Position numbers and translations under genes: made by a program. From a virus, in IMG/VR virus record IMGVR_UViG_3300006310_000001: 64,000 nt of DNA; one strand, written 5' to 3'. The notes beneath the pieces are model-generated. The model was given only the letters and a program-made list of their open reading frames with translations. It searched no databases and was not told the origin of the DNA. This document shows, in pieces, positions 18,174 through 27,181 of the stretch; within the stretch, counting starts at the first letter, position 1, and each line of letters starts with the position of its first letter.

Positions 18174-19169
18174 CTAACATTTCTTATAATAGTTTAATTT
18201 TGTTAACGCTTCTAATTTGCTAAAGGTATTATTACTTATGATATCTCTCAACTCGCTTATTTTCATTCCATTCATTATCATTTCATTTACATCTTTAAGT
18301 TGTACGTCATTTGGCCAGACTACTACGTTATAATTTTTTTCAATTACAGCGTACATCCTTTTTATGATTTCTTTATTACGAGGTTCGTTATCAAATATAT
18401 ATGTAACTTGGTCACTTGACACTCTCAATGTTAAGTCAGCACCACCTGCTGCTAAACAATTATCTAAAAACAAACTATCAAGTGGACCTTCAACTATGTA
18501 AATATGTTTTTGAAAATTTACACGTTCAAGTCCATATACTTTTTGTTTTGTTTCATCAAGTTTAATAGTAATATATTTTGGTTGTTCTTTTCCAAATGCT
18601 CTGCCTTGGAATGCAAACAACGTACCAGTTACGTCAAAGAAAGGAATTATTAATCTAGGGTGTTCATAACGTTCTTTAAAAGTCCCTGGTTTCACTTTAT
18701 TAGCAAAATTGTGAAATTTGTCAACAAAATAAATTATCTCATAATATTGTGGAGGTATCAATCTCTTTTTTACGTAATCCTTTACAGGATGTCCGTCTTT
18801 TAATGTACTTACTTTAATACAAGAATCTAATAAATTTGTTTCTTTAAATTTTGTTGGTTTAAAGTCAAATTTCGGCTGGGGCGTGGATGGTGCCGATCCT
18901 TTGTATCTCTCTAATAAGTATTCTCCGTATTTTTTGGGATCCAAGAATTTAATGAAATTTGCTAAATTCTGACCCATACCACAATTGTGGCATTTGAAGA
19001 ACATATCATTTTTTACTCTATAAAGATATGCCCTTGCTTTTGTTTTACTCTTCTGCGAGTCTCCACAATGTGGACACCTAAAATTGAAAAGATAATCTGT
19101 CTTCTTTTTAAACTGGCTTAATGCTGAAGAAATGGCATTAATATACTTTAAATCTATATAACTTGACAT
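18174..19169 (-). CDS. 61: DNA primase (T4 gp61)
   Basis: FRCPHCGDS...FKCHNC zinc finger, VEGPLDS TOPRIM, FDNEPRN. Confidence 0.95.
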   Translation of the reverse strand: MSSYIDLKYINAISSALSQFKKKTDYLFNFRCPHCGDSQKSKTKARAYLYRVKNDMFFKCHNCGMGQNLANFIKFLDPKKYGEYLLERYKGSAPSTPQPKFDFKPTKFKETNLLDSCIKVSTLKDGHPVKDYVKKRLIPPQYYEIIYFVDKFHNFANKVKPGTFKERYEHPRLIIPFFDVTGTLFAFQGRAFGKEQPKYITIKLDETKQKVYGLERVNFQKHIYIVEGPLDSLFLDNCLAAGGADLTLRVSSDQVTYIFDNEPRNKEIIKRMYAVIEKNYNVVVWPNDVQLKDVNEMIMNGMKISELRDIISNNTFSKLEALTKLNYYKKC

Positions 19170-19182
19170 AACACTATCTCAT

Positions 19183-19211
19183 AATATACACCATATCACA
19201 AAAAAAGTCAA
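19183..19211 (-). promoter_or_regulatory. sigma70-type promoter TTGACT-N17-TATATT
   Basis: Upstream of primase. Confidence 0.75.
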
Positions 19212-19235
19212 GTCTGTACACGAAAACCTGGTGAC

Positions 19236-19266
19236 AAAAAAATACCCAGGCTATTTTCCTCGGGTA
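19236..19266 (-). terminator. intrinsic terminator closing the curli/FecR operon
   Basis: UACCCGAGG-AAAAUAG-CCUGGGUA followed by U7. Confidence 0.7.
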
Positions 19267-19284
19267 AAAGGTAAGAGTTTTCTA

Positions 19285-19713
19285 TCAGCTCAGCATCTTC
19301 AAAATATGCTCAAAATTACCTGCTACTATCCATCCTATTACTATAGCAGCACCTAATATAATCCATCTATATTTTTCTAATACACCAACTCTAACACCAA
19401 TAGCATTGTAAACTGTTTTAATCTCTAGTAATAAACGTCTTTCAGTTTGTTCTATTTCTCTAGTTAAATCTCTACGTATATTGTCTATTTCACCTGCACG
19501 TTCTTTTAACTTTTCAAATATAACTTCGTCAATTTGTTCTTGTCTATTGATTTTTTCTGAATGGACTGCCAACATAGACTTAATAGATGTTGATACATCT
19601 GTTAATTTGTCTATTGCTGTGTCTAAACGGTTGTGAATTCTATCAAATTCTTCAACGTCTTTTTTGAGTTTAGCAATATCTACTTTTGTTTTAATTCCGT
19701 TATTTTCGTCCAT
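19285..19713 (-). CDS. coiled-coil protein with C-terminal TM helix
   Basis: Heptad-rich body, YRWIILGAAIVIGWIVA anchor. Confidence 0.75.
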   Translation of the reverse strand: MDENNGIKTKVDIAKLKKDVEEFDRIHNRLDTAIDKLTDVSTSIKSMLAVHSEKINRQEQIDEVIFEKLKERAGEIDNIRRDLTREIEQTERRLLLEIKTVYNAIGVRVGVLEKYRWIILGAAIVIGWIVAGNFEHILKMLS

Positions 19714-19805
19714 TAGAAATCTCTATCTATCCACTTGTAAATACTCCAATTCATATAGAGTAATAGACCCATTATTAACCAAAAATTAATTGTTCCCCAA
19801 TCCAT
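19713..19805 (-). CDS. 30-aa single-TM microprotein (MDWGTINFWLIMGLLLYMNWSIYKWIDRDF)
   Basis: Not in track; TAATG-coupled at both ends. Confidence 0.65.
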   Translation of the reverse strand: MDWGTINFWLIMGLLLYMNWSIYKWIDRDF

Positions 19806-19936
19806 TATACGTTTCTCCATTGTGTTGGCAACCACCATTCGGTGTACCAATGTTTAAATTGTGCTGGATTTCTGCCCATAATAAAAATACACCAAAATCC
19901 TTTTATTAATTCCTTTATTGCTATTAACCTACTCAT
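19805..19936 (-). CDS. 43-aa Trp-rich microprotein (MSRLIAIKELIKGFWCIF...)
   Basis: Not in track; TAATG-coupled at both ends. Confidence 0.6.
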   Translation of the reverse strand: MSRLIAIKELIKGFWCIFIMGRNPAQFKHWYTEWWLPTQWRNV

Positions 19937-22056
19937 TAATCCGTTTGTATGATTGTAATATTTTCTTGGCTGGAACTGCTGCCAATATCAATGTGTTGTG
20001 CTTCTTTATCTTGTAAAATTTGAACGTCTGCCTCGTCAGCAGTTTCAATTTTTAAATAAGCACGGTGGTTGTCATTATATCTATTTATAATTGAGTAGCC
20101 GCTAACAGACGTATCAACATCAGCGTCATAAGTGTTGCTACCTGTTGTATATCTTCCTGTTAATGTTTCAGAAGTTTTTACATCACCTTCTGTTGTTGTA
20201 GTAGTTTGAGTAATATCTCCTGTGGTGTAATTTAATATTTCACCACTAGTTGTTGTTGTCGTTTCTGATTTTGAATTGTCAACCCATTCTGTTCCACAAG
20301 AAGCATTTGCTTTGTCCCAATAGTATCCCCAATTAACACAATCATTTTCATTATCTATATCTGCTAACCATAATTCTAATTCAGCGTCTATGTCATAATC
20401 ATCCTCATAACTATATTCATCTTCCAATGTTGTAGAATCATCTCCTGTATCATCATATGAACCTGTGTACCACCAACTAGATGTATTGTCATAAAATTTT
20501 TGCCAATCTGAATTGGTCCATTCAGAAACATATTTGTCTTTTAAACTTGCCATCTTCCAAGGTTTAGGTTGTCCAGAACACCACTCTGGTTTGTCCCAAG
20601 TACCACACCAACCATACCATTTTTTAAATAATTTTCTAGCTCCTTTTTCCCAACTATCATAATCTTTAAACAATGTCCAATCGTCTTCGTACCAAGCGTT
20701 TAAATAATCTATATAACTCTGGTTACACCAAGATGTATCCCAACCATTATAATCACAATAGTTTTCTATTGTTAACGTTGGTGGTCCACCTGCCGCTATG
20801 TAATCTGCATTATTATAATATTCATTTGATAAATCAAAATCTTCCCAAGTGTATCCAACAACTGTTGATGTTGCTTCTTCTTCAACTGTTTCAGTTACAT
20901 CTTCTTCCTTTACATCATAAGAAGTTAATCCATATTTTTCTAACGTATCATTATACTCATCATAATAAGCATCCCAATCAACTTTATCCCAATCAACCTC
21001 TTCCCAATTAATAGTATCCCAAGTACAATCTGAGCAACCTATTGCGTCAAAGTATGCTTGATCCATTTCAGCGTACATAGTTTTAGCTGTATCCCAATCC
21101 ATTTTCTGTTCACCAGTAGCATCCCATACTGATATTTGATTATCTTCATCAATGTATCCCCAATCTTTTAAATCTTCTTCCCATTCATCATAATAAGAAG
21201 TATCAACTTCCGATTCTTTTCCTGCTTGGTCTACTGCTGATTCTTCATAACTATAACTATCATCACTTCCAGAAGTACCTAAATCGGAAGTAGTGTCATA
21301 TGTATCATATGTTTCTGTAATTGAACTCTCTTCAGAAATAATAGCTTCTTCCATTTTTTGTAATTGTTCATTGTTTTCTGCTCTATCAAATTGTTGGTCG
21401 TGTTTCTTTTTTATATCATCATCAATACTATCAATATCAAACAAATTCTTTTTCTGATTGTTATCCAATGCTGATGGAGTTTTAATCATAACATCTGAAC
21501 CAACTACAGTTACAGAAGTGTATACGTTAGTTAATGTTTGAGAACCTGCGTCATTGGTTACGGTTACTTGTCCTACATCACCAGAACTATCTGGAAGTAA
21601 TGTAATTGTTGTTTGACCTGAAGTATCTACTGTACCTGAAAAGGCAGTACCTTGCATAGTTATAGTTGCTGTTGGTGTAACTAATTCAACCTCACCACCT
21701 AATTTTTTTACATCTCCTGATTCATATGTAAATGTACCAACATTAATTGATATGTTCATTGCAATTTCAATTGGTATAACAGACGTATCAAAAGCAAATT
21801 CATCAATGATTAATTCTGTATTCGGACCCATTGTAAATTTAGTATCATCTTTATAATGTAAAATCATTCCACCATCTTCTCCTGTTTGGAGAAAATCGTT
21901 CATTTCTAATAGGTAACCTTTAATTACTTCTTCGGTACGTCCATCTCTTTCGTTCCAAGTTTGACCCATTTTATCAAAAACAGAACCAATAGTAACTGCT
22001 AATGCTTGTGTAGTAAATAGTATCAGAAACGATACTATGAATAAAAGTTTTTTCAT
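19936..22056 (-). CDS. exported FecR-domain protein with long acidic Trp/Tyr-rich extension
   Basis: Signal peptide; LQTGEDG..FTMGPNTEL..VTPTATITMQGTAF FecR-type fold; C-terminal ITIIQTD. Confidence 0.8.
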   Translation of the reverse strand: MKKLLFIVSFLILFTTQALAVTIGSVFDKMGQTWNERDGRTEEVIKGYLLEMNDFLQTGEDGGMILHYKDDTKFTMGPNTELIIDEFAFDTSVIPIEIAMNISINVGTFTYESGDVKKLGGEVELVTPTATITMQGTAFSGTVDTSGQTTITLLPDSSGDVGQVTVTNDAGSQTLTNVYTSVTVVGSDVMIKTPSALDNNQKKNLFDIDSIDDDIKKKHDQQFDRAENNEQLQKMEEAIISEESSITETYDTYDTTSDLGTSGSDDSYSYEESAVDQAGKESEVDTSYYDEWEEDLKDWGYIDEDNQISVWDATGEQKMDWDTAKTMYAEMDQAYFDAIGCSDCTWDTINWEEVDWDKVDWDAYYDEYNDTLEKYGLTSYDVKEEDVTETVEEEATSTVVGYTWEDFDLSNEYYNNADYIAAGGPPTLTIENYCDYNGWDTSWCNQSYIDYLNAWYEDDWTLFKDYDSWEKGARKLFKKWYGWCGTWDKPEWCSGQPKPWKMASLKDKYVSEWTNSDWQKFYDNTSSWWYTGSYDDTGDDSTTLEDEYSYEDDYDIDAELELWLADIDNENDCVNWGYYWDKANASCGTEWVDNSKSETTTTTSGEILNYTTGDITQTTTTTEGDVKTSETLTGRYTTGSNTYDADVDTSVSGYSIINRYNDNHRAYLKIETADEADVQILQDKEAQHIDIGSSSSQENITIIQTD

Positions 22057-22424
22057 TTCTGAAACACCTCATCTAAATCATTATAAAACGATTGTTTATC
22101 TGCATACCCTATTATTCTTGTTAATTCTTTTCTACCATTCCATATTATAAATGTTGGTGTTCCTCTAATAGGTTTAATTCTTCCTTCAGCATATGCTTCT
22201 TTAAACCAGTTAGGTTGATTATATAAATTAATAATAACTAAAGGTAAATCTTCATACTCATAGTCAACTCCTACCTCTTGTAAAAAGTTTTGGCATATAC
22301 CACACATAGGATTGTGTGCCATTAATAATTCATTTGCTTTCGCTGATGATATGCCTAATATTAATAATACAGTAACACAAATTATTATTGCCCACTTTTC
22401 CCAAGTGTTGTGAAATAGTTTCAT
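22053..22424 (-). CDS. exported thioredoxin-fold protein (SoxS-like)
   Basis: Signal/TM segment, CGIC, GTPTF, RIIGY. Confidence 0.75.
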   Translation of the reverse strand: MKLFHNTWEKWAIIICVTVLLILGISSAKANELLMAHNPMCGICQNFLQEVGVDYEYEDLPLVIINLYNQPNWFKEAYAEGRIKPIRGTPTFIIWNGRKELTRIIGYADKQSFYNDLDEVFQK

Positions 22425-22552
22425 TTAAATTTCTTCTTCTTTTCTTTTCTTTTCCATTTTTCTGGATAGTAATTGTGGATTAGTGTACAGATTATGCCAC
22501 CTGATAAACATATTGTACCAAATATTAAAAAGAAAGCGACAAACCCTTTCAT
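22421..22552 (-). CDS. 43-aa TM microprotein with basic tail
   Basis: Not in track; MKGFVAFFLIFGTICLSGGIICTLI...KRKRKKKKFK fills the gap exactly. Confidence 0.6.
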   Translation of the reverse strand: MKGFVAFFLIFGTICLSGGIICTLIHNYYPEKWKRKEKKKKFK

Positions 22553-23641
22553 TTAACACCCGCCAGTTATCGTATTAGTATAATCTGCTGTTTGATTGTT
22601 TCTGTTATATGAATAGGTACAACTATCATTACCGTCTTGATTCACGTGTAAAGTATAGTCGTATATTGAATCACCTGATACATAAAGATAAGCATAGTTG
22701 TCATCATTAAGTTGTTTAAGGTTAACAATTGCGTCATCTGTATAGATATAAACTTTTGCTACATTATCATCACCATTTGCATAGTAAGTAAATGTATTAT
22801 CGTTTCCAACAGTAACCGTTTTCATCCAATTGTCATCACCTCTTTGTATCATTCTTACGTGACTACCTGTGCAACAGGAGTGAACATCTAAAATATTTGA
22901 ATCACCTATGATATCGTGAACTTGGTAGTTACTTTCGCCCCAAATTCCTGTGTGTACTCTATTAGAATTTCCTATAATGTAAAAATCTATTGTTGCACCT
23001 TCACTACCTGAATCATCTGCAAAGATTCCGTGAGAAGCAACATCTGGACCTATCATTATATTTGCCTTGTCAGAACCAACCATACCTTTTGATTCTGCTC
23101 TGTTACTATAAAATTCTACATCATTTGAATCTCCATTAATCAATACATATAAGAAGTGTGAATCACCGTGAGAATTCATCCAAAAATCATTTGAGTCTCC
23201 TACAATATCTAAATCAAGGTGTGTATCCTGTACATCATCACTTGTATTTGTATCTATCTCTACTATGTTTGATGAACCTGTAATATCAATGTCATAATAG
23301 TGTCCATCTGCGCCTACATCATCTAAATCTAATCTTAATACATTGGAACTACCTACAGCATAATAATCAAAGGTCATATTAGAACCCATAAATGCTCTAT
23401 GGTTGCTATCTTTAGCAACATTATTGTCACCTATTTGTTTAATTATAAGAGTAAGATTTGGTCCGTTGACTAAAAAAGGATATGATGTGCTTAACCCAAC
23501 CATATTACCAGTACCATCTTGTTTGATGTAGATGGAACCATCATCATCTTGGTTAACTTGCCAAATATATACTGAATTTCCTGCTAGACAATTAATCGTT
23601 GTCGCTAGAAGAATCACTAGAGCCATTATCATTTTCTTCAT
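22553..23641 (-). CDS. exported curlin-like repeat protein (CsgA/CsgB-like)
   Basis: Signal peptide plus about a dozen GxxN-type repeats (QDGTGN, QIGDNN, VGSSN, TGSSN, VGDSN, NGDSN, IGNSN, IGDSN, RGDDN, NGDDN); next to csgG. Confidence 0.7.
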   Translation of the reverse strand: MKKMIMALVILLATTINCLAGNSVYIWQVNQDDDGSIYIKQDGTGNMVGLSTSYPFLVNGPNLTLIIKQIGDNNVAKDSNHRAFMGSNMTFDYYAVGSSNVLRLDLDDVGADGHYYDIDITGSSNIVEIDTNTSDDVQDTHLDLDIVGDSNDFWMNSHGDSHFLYVLINGDSNDVEFYSNRAESKGMVGSDKANIMIGPDVASHGIFADDSGSEGATIDFYIIGNSNRVHTGIWGESNYQVHDIIGDSNILDVHSCCTGSHVRMIQRGDDNWMKTVTVGNDNTFTYYANGDDNVAKVYIYTDDAIVNLKQLNDDNYAYLYVSGDSIYDYTLHVNQDGNDSCTYSYNRNNQTADYTNTITGGC

Positions 23642-24590
23642 TTGTGTTCTCCTTTTCTTTTAACTCGTCTTGAATCTTTTTCTTACGTTCTTCTTTTTGG
23701 TTTTCTTTTTCTAATAGATAATCTTCGTATGTTTTCTCTACATTAGGTTCTTGTTGTTCTATAACTACTTCAACCTTTTCTTCTGTAATGACTTCTGCGT
23801 CTGACTCTTCAACAATAACTGGCTTTTCAATTTCCCATAAGCCTTTTTCGTCACCTTCTTTTATCAATTCTACTATACCTTTTTCTATTGCTTTTCTTAC
23901 TGCAAAGGTAACAGGTTCATTTCTTGCAACACCAACCTCTAACTCTAATAACAATGTATCAGCGTCAAAGTATTTGAATATATCTCCACCAGTTTCACCT
24001 GAAATTATAGTTTTCTCAACTACTATTGATATTACTACTTCACCAGTTTGTACATTAACTAATCTTAAAATAATAGTAACTACATCTTGTCGCCATTGTT
24101 TATGTGCTTGAATGCCTAAAATTCTTGCACCATAACCGCCTGTCTTTACATCACTATCATAACCTATAATTCCACCTGTAAGATATGCACCTGCAAACAA
24201 TAGTGGAGGTAAAGATTGTGCTTTATCACCATCAACTTGTTGTCTTGTAGAACGTATTAATTTTCGTTCTTGTAATAGACTTGGCAAACTTGCTCGTTCT
24301 ACTACTCTAAACCATTTGCCATCGCCTGCGTCTTGTAATGCTTTAATTAATATTTGATATGCACCTTGAGTTACTGCCGTACTCATTGTTGCATAATTGC
24401 CACCTGGTTTCTTTTGACCAGTTAAATCCATAAAATCATACACAGCAATTACAACAGGTTCACCGACAGGTGATTCTATTGTAGTTAAATTTTTAACTGC
24501 TGGTATTTGTTTTCTAACATCAAAGTCTGGCTTACCTGCACAACTAACTAACAATAATGTTAACAAAAATATTGCTATACTTCTAAACAT
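23592..24590 (-). CDS. csgG: curli secretion channel CsgG-family lipoprotein
   Basis: Lipobox LVSC, AVYDFMDLTGQKKP, STAVTQG, WFRVVER..L..ER..IR, GGIIGYD. Confidence 0.9.
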   Translation of the reverse strand: MFRSIAIFLLTLLLVSCAGKPDFDVRKQIPAVKNLTTIESPVGEPVVIAVYDFMDLTGQKKPGGNYATMSTAVTQGAYQILIKALQDAGDGKWFRVVERASLPSLLQERKLIRSTRQQVDGDKAQSLPPLLFAGAYLTGGIIGYDSDVKTGGYGARILGIQAHKQWRQDVVTIILRLVNVQTGEVVISIVVEKTIISGETGGDIFKYFDADTLLLELEVGVARNEPVTFAVRKAIEKGIVELIKEGDEKGLWEIEKPVIVEESDAEVITEEKVEVVIEQQEPNVEKTYEDYLLEKENQKEERKKKIQDELKEKENTNEENDNGSSDSSSDND

Positions 24591-25042
24591 TAATCTTCCT
24601 TCGGCATAGTAAATGTCGTTACTGTTCCATCCGTTTCAGTAACAGTCACTACTACGTTACCTGTTCCTGAAGGTGTTGTCCACTCAACAAGTTCTCCACC
24701 AATTGGTGATGTAAATGAACCTGTATCTTGTTGTAGACCATCAGCACCAAATATATTTGTTGTAATTTGTTTTGCTAGTGCTGTATAGAACCTTGATTCT
24801 AAATTTGCTTTGAATTTTGCTACTGCTGTATTTTTAGCATCCTCTTTGACTTTATCAGCCGCTGCTTTTTCAGCTGCTTTTATAGCGTCTTTACGAGTCT
24901 TCTCTATATTTTCTACAGTTAAATAGTGTGATGATTTTCCTTCCCCACTAAAGGATGGACTATCAAATTTAAATGTTAATTCACTTGCATTTGCTATAGA
25001 ATATAATGATAATACTGCTAATATTGTAATGATTATTCGCAT
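24590..25042 (-). CDS. csgF: curli assembly protein CsgF-like
   Basis: Signal peptide then ELTFKFDSPSFSG; directly upstream of csgG. Confidence 0.8.
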   Translation of the reverse strand: MRIIITILAVLSLYSIANASELTFKFDSPSFSGEGKSSHYLTVENIEKTRKDAIKAAEKAAADKVKEDAKNTAVAKFKANLESRFYTALAKQITTNIFGADGLQQDTGSFTSPIGGELVEWTTPSGTGNVVVTVTETDGTVTTFTMPKED

Positions 25043-25065
25043 TTTCCTTCTCTCTTTGATGTATA

Positions 25066-25073
25066 TATTTATA
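25066..25073 (-). promoter_or_regulatory. T4-type late promoter TATAAATA
   Basis: Exact consensus 24 bp upstream of csgF. Confidence 0.75.
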
Positions 25074-25097
25074 AGATATCTGTACTAAATAGTACGT

Positions 25098-26753
25098 ATG
25101 ATTAAAATATTGACGAAAACGTGGGCAGTATATTTGACGTTGATTATATTACTTGGAATATATATATCAAATCCTATCTTGCTACAGTCAGCAAAACTAA
25201 ACACCTTTGATTTCTACCAAACATTTGGTAAGAATTATGAATCCAAGAGTTTAGTACTAGTAGACATATCAGACAAAGCATTAGAAAAGAATGGGCAATG
25301 GCCGTGGAAGAGAGATTTACTTGGTCGTGTCATAATCAATGCATATAAAAATGGTGCCGCTCTTGTAGTTCTGCAAGTAGTCTTCCCACATAAAGATAGA
25401 TTAGGTGGTGATGAAATGTTTTTGAAAATGATTTCAAAATATCCAATCATACTTACTGAAACCGATACTGTAAAAAATCTTATTAGTATCTCACGTAAAG
25501 CAATAGCAATAGGTAATGTATCTGCACCAGTTGATATAGATGGCACTATAAGAAAACTACCTCTTGATAAATCCATACCTGAAGTTATCTTAAAAGTTAT
25601 TAATGCAAAAACTTTAGCAGAAGATACTATTTGGATTGATTTCAGACATAATATTCCTAGAATAGATTACACCGATAAAGATTGGTCATCTGTAAAAGGT
25701 AAAATAGTTTTCATAGGTACAACATTCCAAGGTTCAACATTTGTTACTACTCCTAATGGATTAAAAAACACACACGAAATTATGGCAATCAGTACAGAAA
25801 CTTTATTGTCAGGTAATTTTATTAGTAGACCTTATTGGTTACCATATAGTGAATTTGCTTTTATACTATTAGGTGCTCTATTCTTTCTCATAGTTATACC
25901 TAGATGTGGTGTAATGTGGTCTGCGATATGGTTTGGTGGATACTTATTTGATTTAACACTTGCAAGTTCTTATCTATGGACGCAACACTTAATCATAACT
26001 GATTGGTTCAGTCCACTTGTAATAGGGTCTGTAATATGGGGTCAGTTAACATACAATAACTATTCAAAAGAAAATAAATTAAGACTACAAATTAAGAAAC
26101 AATTTGAACACTATCTATCTCCAGATATGGTTAAGAAACTACAAAAGAATCCATCTCTATTAAAACTTGGTGGTGAAAGAAAAGTAATGACGTTTTTGTT
26201 TTCAGACATACGTGGCTTTACTCCTATATCGGAATCTATGAAAGGTAATCCAGAAAAACTTACCAAGTATGTTAATAAGTTCTTGACTGTAATGACTGAT
26301 ATAATATTAAAAAATGGTGGTACTATTGATAAGTATATGGGTGATTGTATAATGGCATTTTGGAACGCACCCCTAGACAATCCAAATCATCAAAGACTAG
26401 CAGTACTATCTGCATCCCAAATGAAAAAAACAGTTGAAGAAATGAATAAGAGTGGAGAGTTTGACCCACCTTTAAAGATTGGTATAGGTATCAATACTGG
26501 TGAGTGTCTTGTAGGTAATATGGGGTCTGAACAACGTTTTGATTATTCTGTTATTGGTGACGCTGTTAATTTGGCAAGTAGATTGGAAGGTAAGAGTAAA
26601 GATTTTGATACTACAATAGTAATATCTCAACATACTGCTGAAGGTATTGACTTTGTTCCATTGGCAAGACCAGATGGATTTAAATTCTATAAACTAGGTA
26701 TCTCTACTGTAAAAGGTAAAAAAGAAAAGGTTAATTGTTTTTCTATTAAATAA
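25098..26753 (+). CDS. CHASE2-domain membrane adenylate cyclase (class III)
   Basis: N-terminal TM, GQWPWKR CHASE2, 3 TM helices, FSDIRGFT, DKYMGD, FDYSVIGDAVNLASRLE. Confidence 0.92.
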   Translation: MIKILTKTWAVYLTLIILLGIYISNPILLQSAKLNTFDFYQTFGKNYESKSLVLVDISDKALEKNGQWPWKRDLLGRVIINAYKNGAALVVLQVVFPHKDRLGGDEMFLKMISKYPIILTETDTVKNLISISRKAIAIGNVSAPVDIDGTIRKLPLDKSIPEVILKVINAKTLAEDTIWIDFRHNIPRIDYTDKDWSSVKGKIVFIGTTFQGSTFVTTPNGLKNTHEIMAISTETLLSGNFISRPYWLPYSEFAFILLGALFFLIVIPRCGVMWSAIWFGGYLFDLTLASSYLWTQHLIITDWFSPLVIGSVIWGQLTYNNYSKENKLRLQIKKQFEHYLSPDMVKKLQKNPSLLKLGGERKVMTFLFSDIRGFTPISESMKGNPEKLTKYVNKFLTVMTDIILKNGGTIDKYMGDCIMAFWNAPLDNPNHQRLAVLSASQMKKTVEEMNKSGEFDPPLKIGIGINTGECLVGNMGSEQRFDYSVIGDAVNLASRLEGKSKDFDTTIVISQHTAEGIDFVPLARPDGFKFYKLGISTVKGKKEKVNCFSIK

Positions 26754-26835
26754 ATGTTAATATCAAATAACAACTTAACCCTATAACTATTCCTAATACT
26801 GCAACAACACCTGCTAAGGTATATATTGTCTTCAT
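26746..26835 (-). CDS. 29-aa single-TM microprotein
   Basis: Not in track; MKTIYTLAGVVAVLGIVIGLSCYLILTFI; ATGA-coupled; 3' end overlaps cyclase stop. Confidence 0.55.
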   Translation of the reverse strand: MKTIYTLAGVVAVLGIVIGLSCYLILTFI

Positions 26836-26996
26836 TTTTTGTCTGTTAACTTATTAATAAGTTCAAACGCTACTTTAACTTTCTCTTCCAACACTTTAAT
26901 TCTATAGTGTGATTGTGCTAAAGTAACTATCAATAACACAAATGCTACTAGCATCGGCCAAAGTCTACTCAACATTAATACTGCTTCACTATCCAT
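26832..26996 (-). CDS. 54-aa TM plus short coiled-coil protein
   Basis: Not in track; MDSEAVLMLSRLWPMLVAFVLLIVTLAQSHYRIKVLEEKV...; coupled both ends. Confidence 0.7.
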   Translation of the reverse strand: MDSEAVLMLSRLWPMLVAFVLLIVTLAQSHYRIKVLEEKVKVAFELINKLTDKK

Positions 26997-27181
26997 TACT
27001 GTACTATTTCATCTCCTGTTTTTACATTGGGTCTTGGTTTCTCACAAACAGAACAATCACATTTACTACAAATAATAGTTACTGTCTTTTGATTTCGTAA
27101 TCCATCTGGACTAGAAGTAATATACTCCATTAACTTTTCAGGACAATGAGCTTCCCTACCACAATTTTTACATTTTTCCAT
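26996..27181 (-). CDS. small Cys-rich putative zinc-binding protein
   Basis: CKNCGREAHC...CSKCDCSVC. Confidence 0.7.
   Translation of the reverse strand: MEKCKNCGREAHCPEKLMEYITSSPDGLRNQKTVTIICSKCDCSVCEKPRPNVKTGDEIVQ

Noticed and set aside
25235-26380. Minus-strand ORFs inside the cyclase gene
   Set aside because: Antisense to a motif-complete plus-strand gene.
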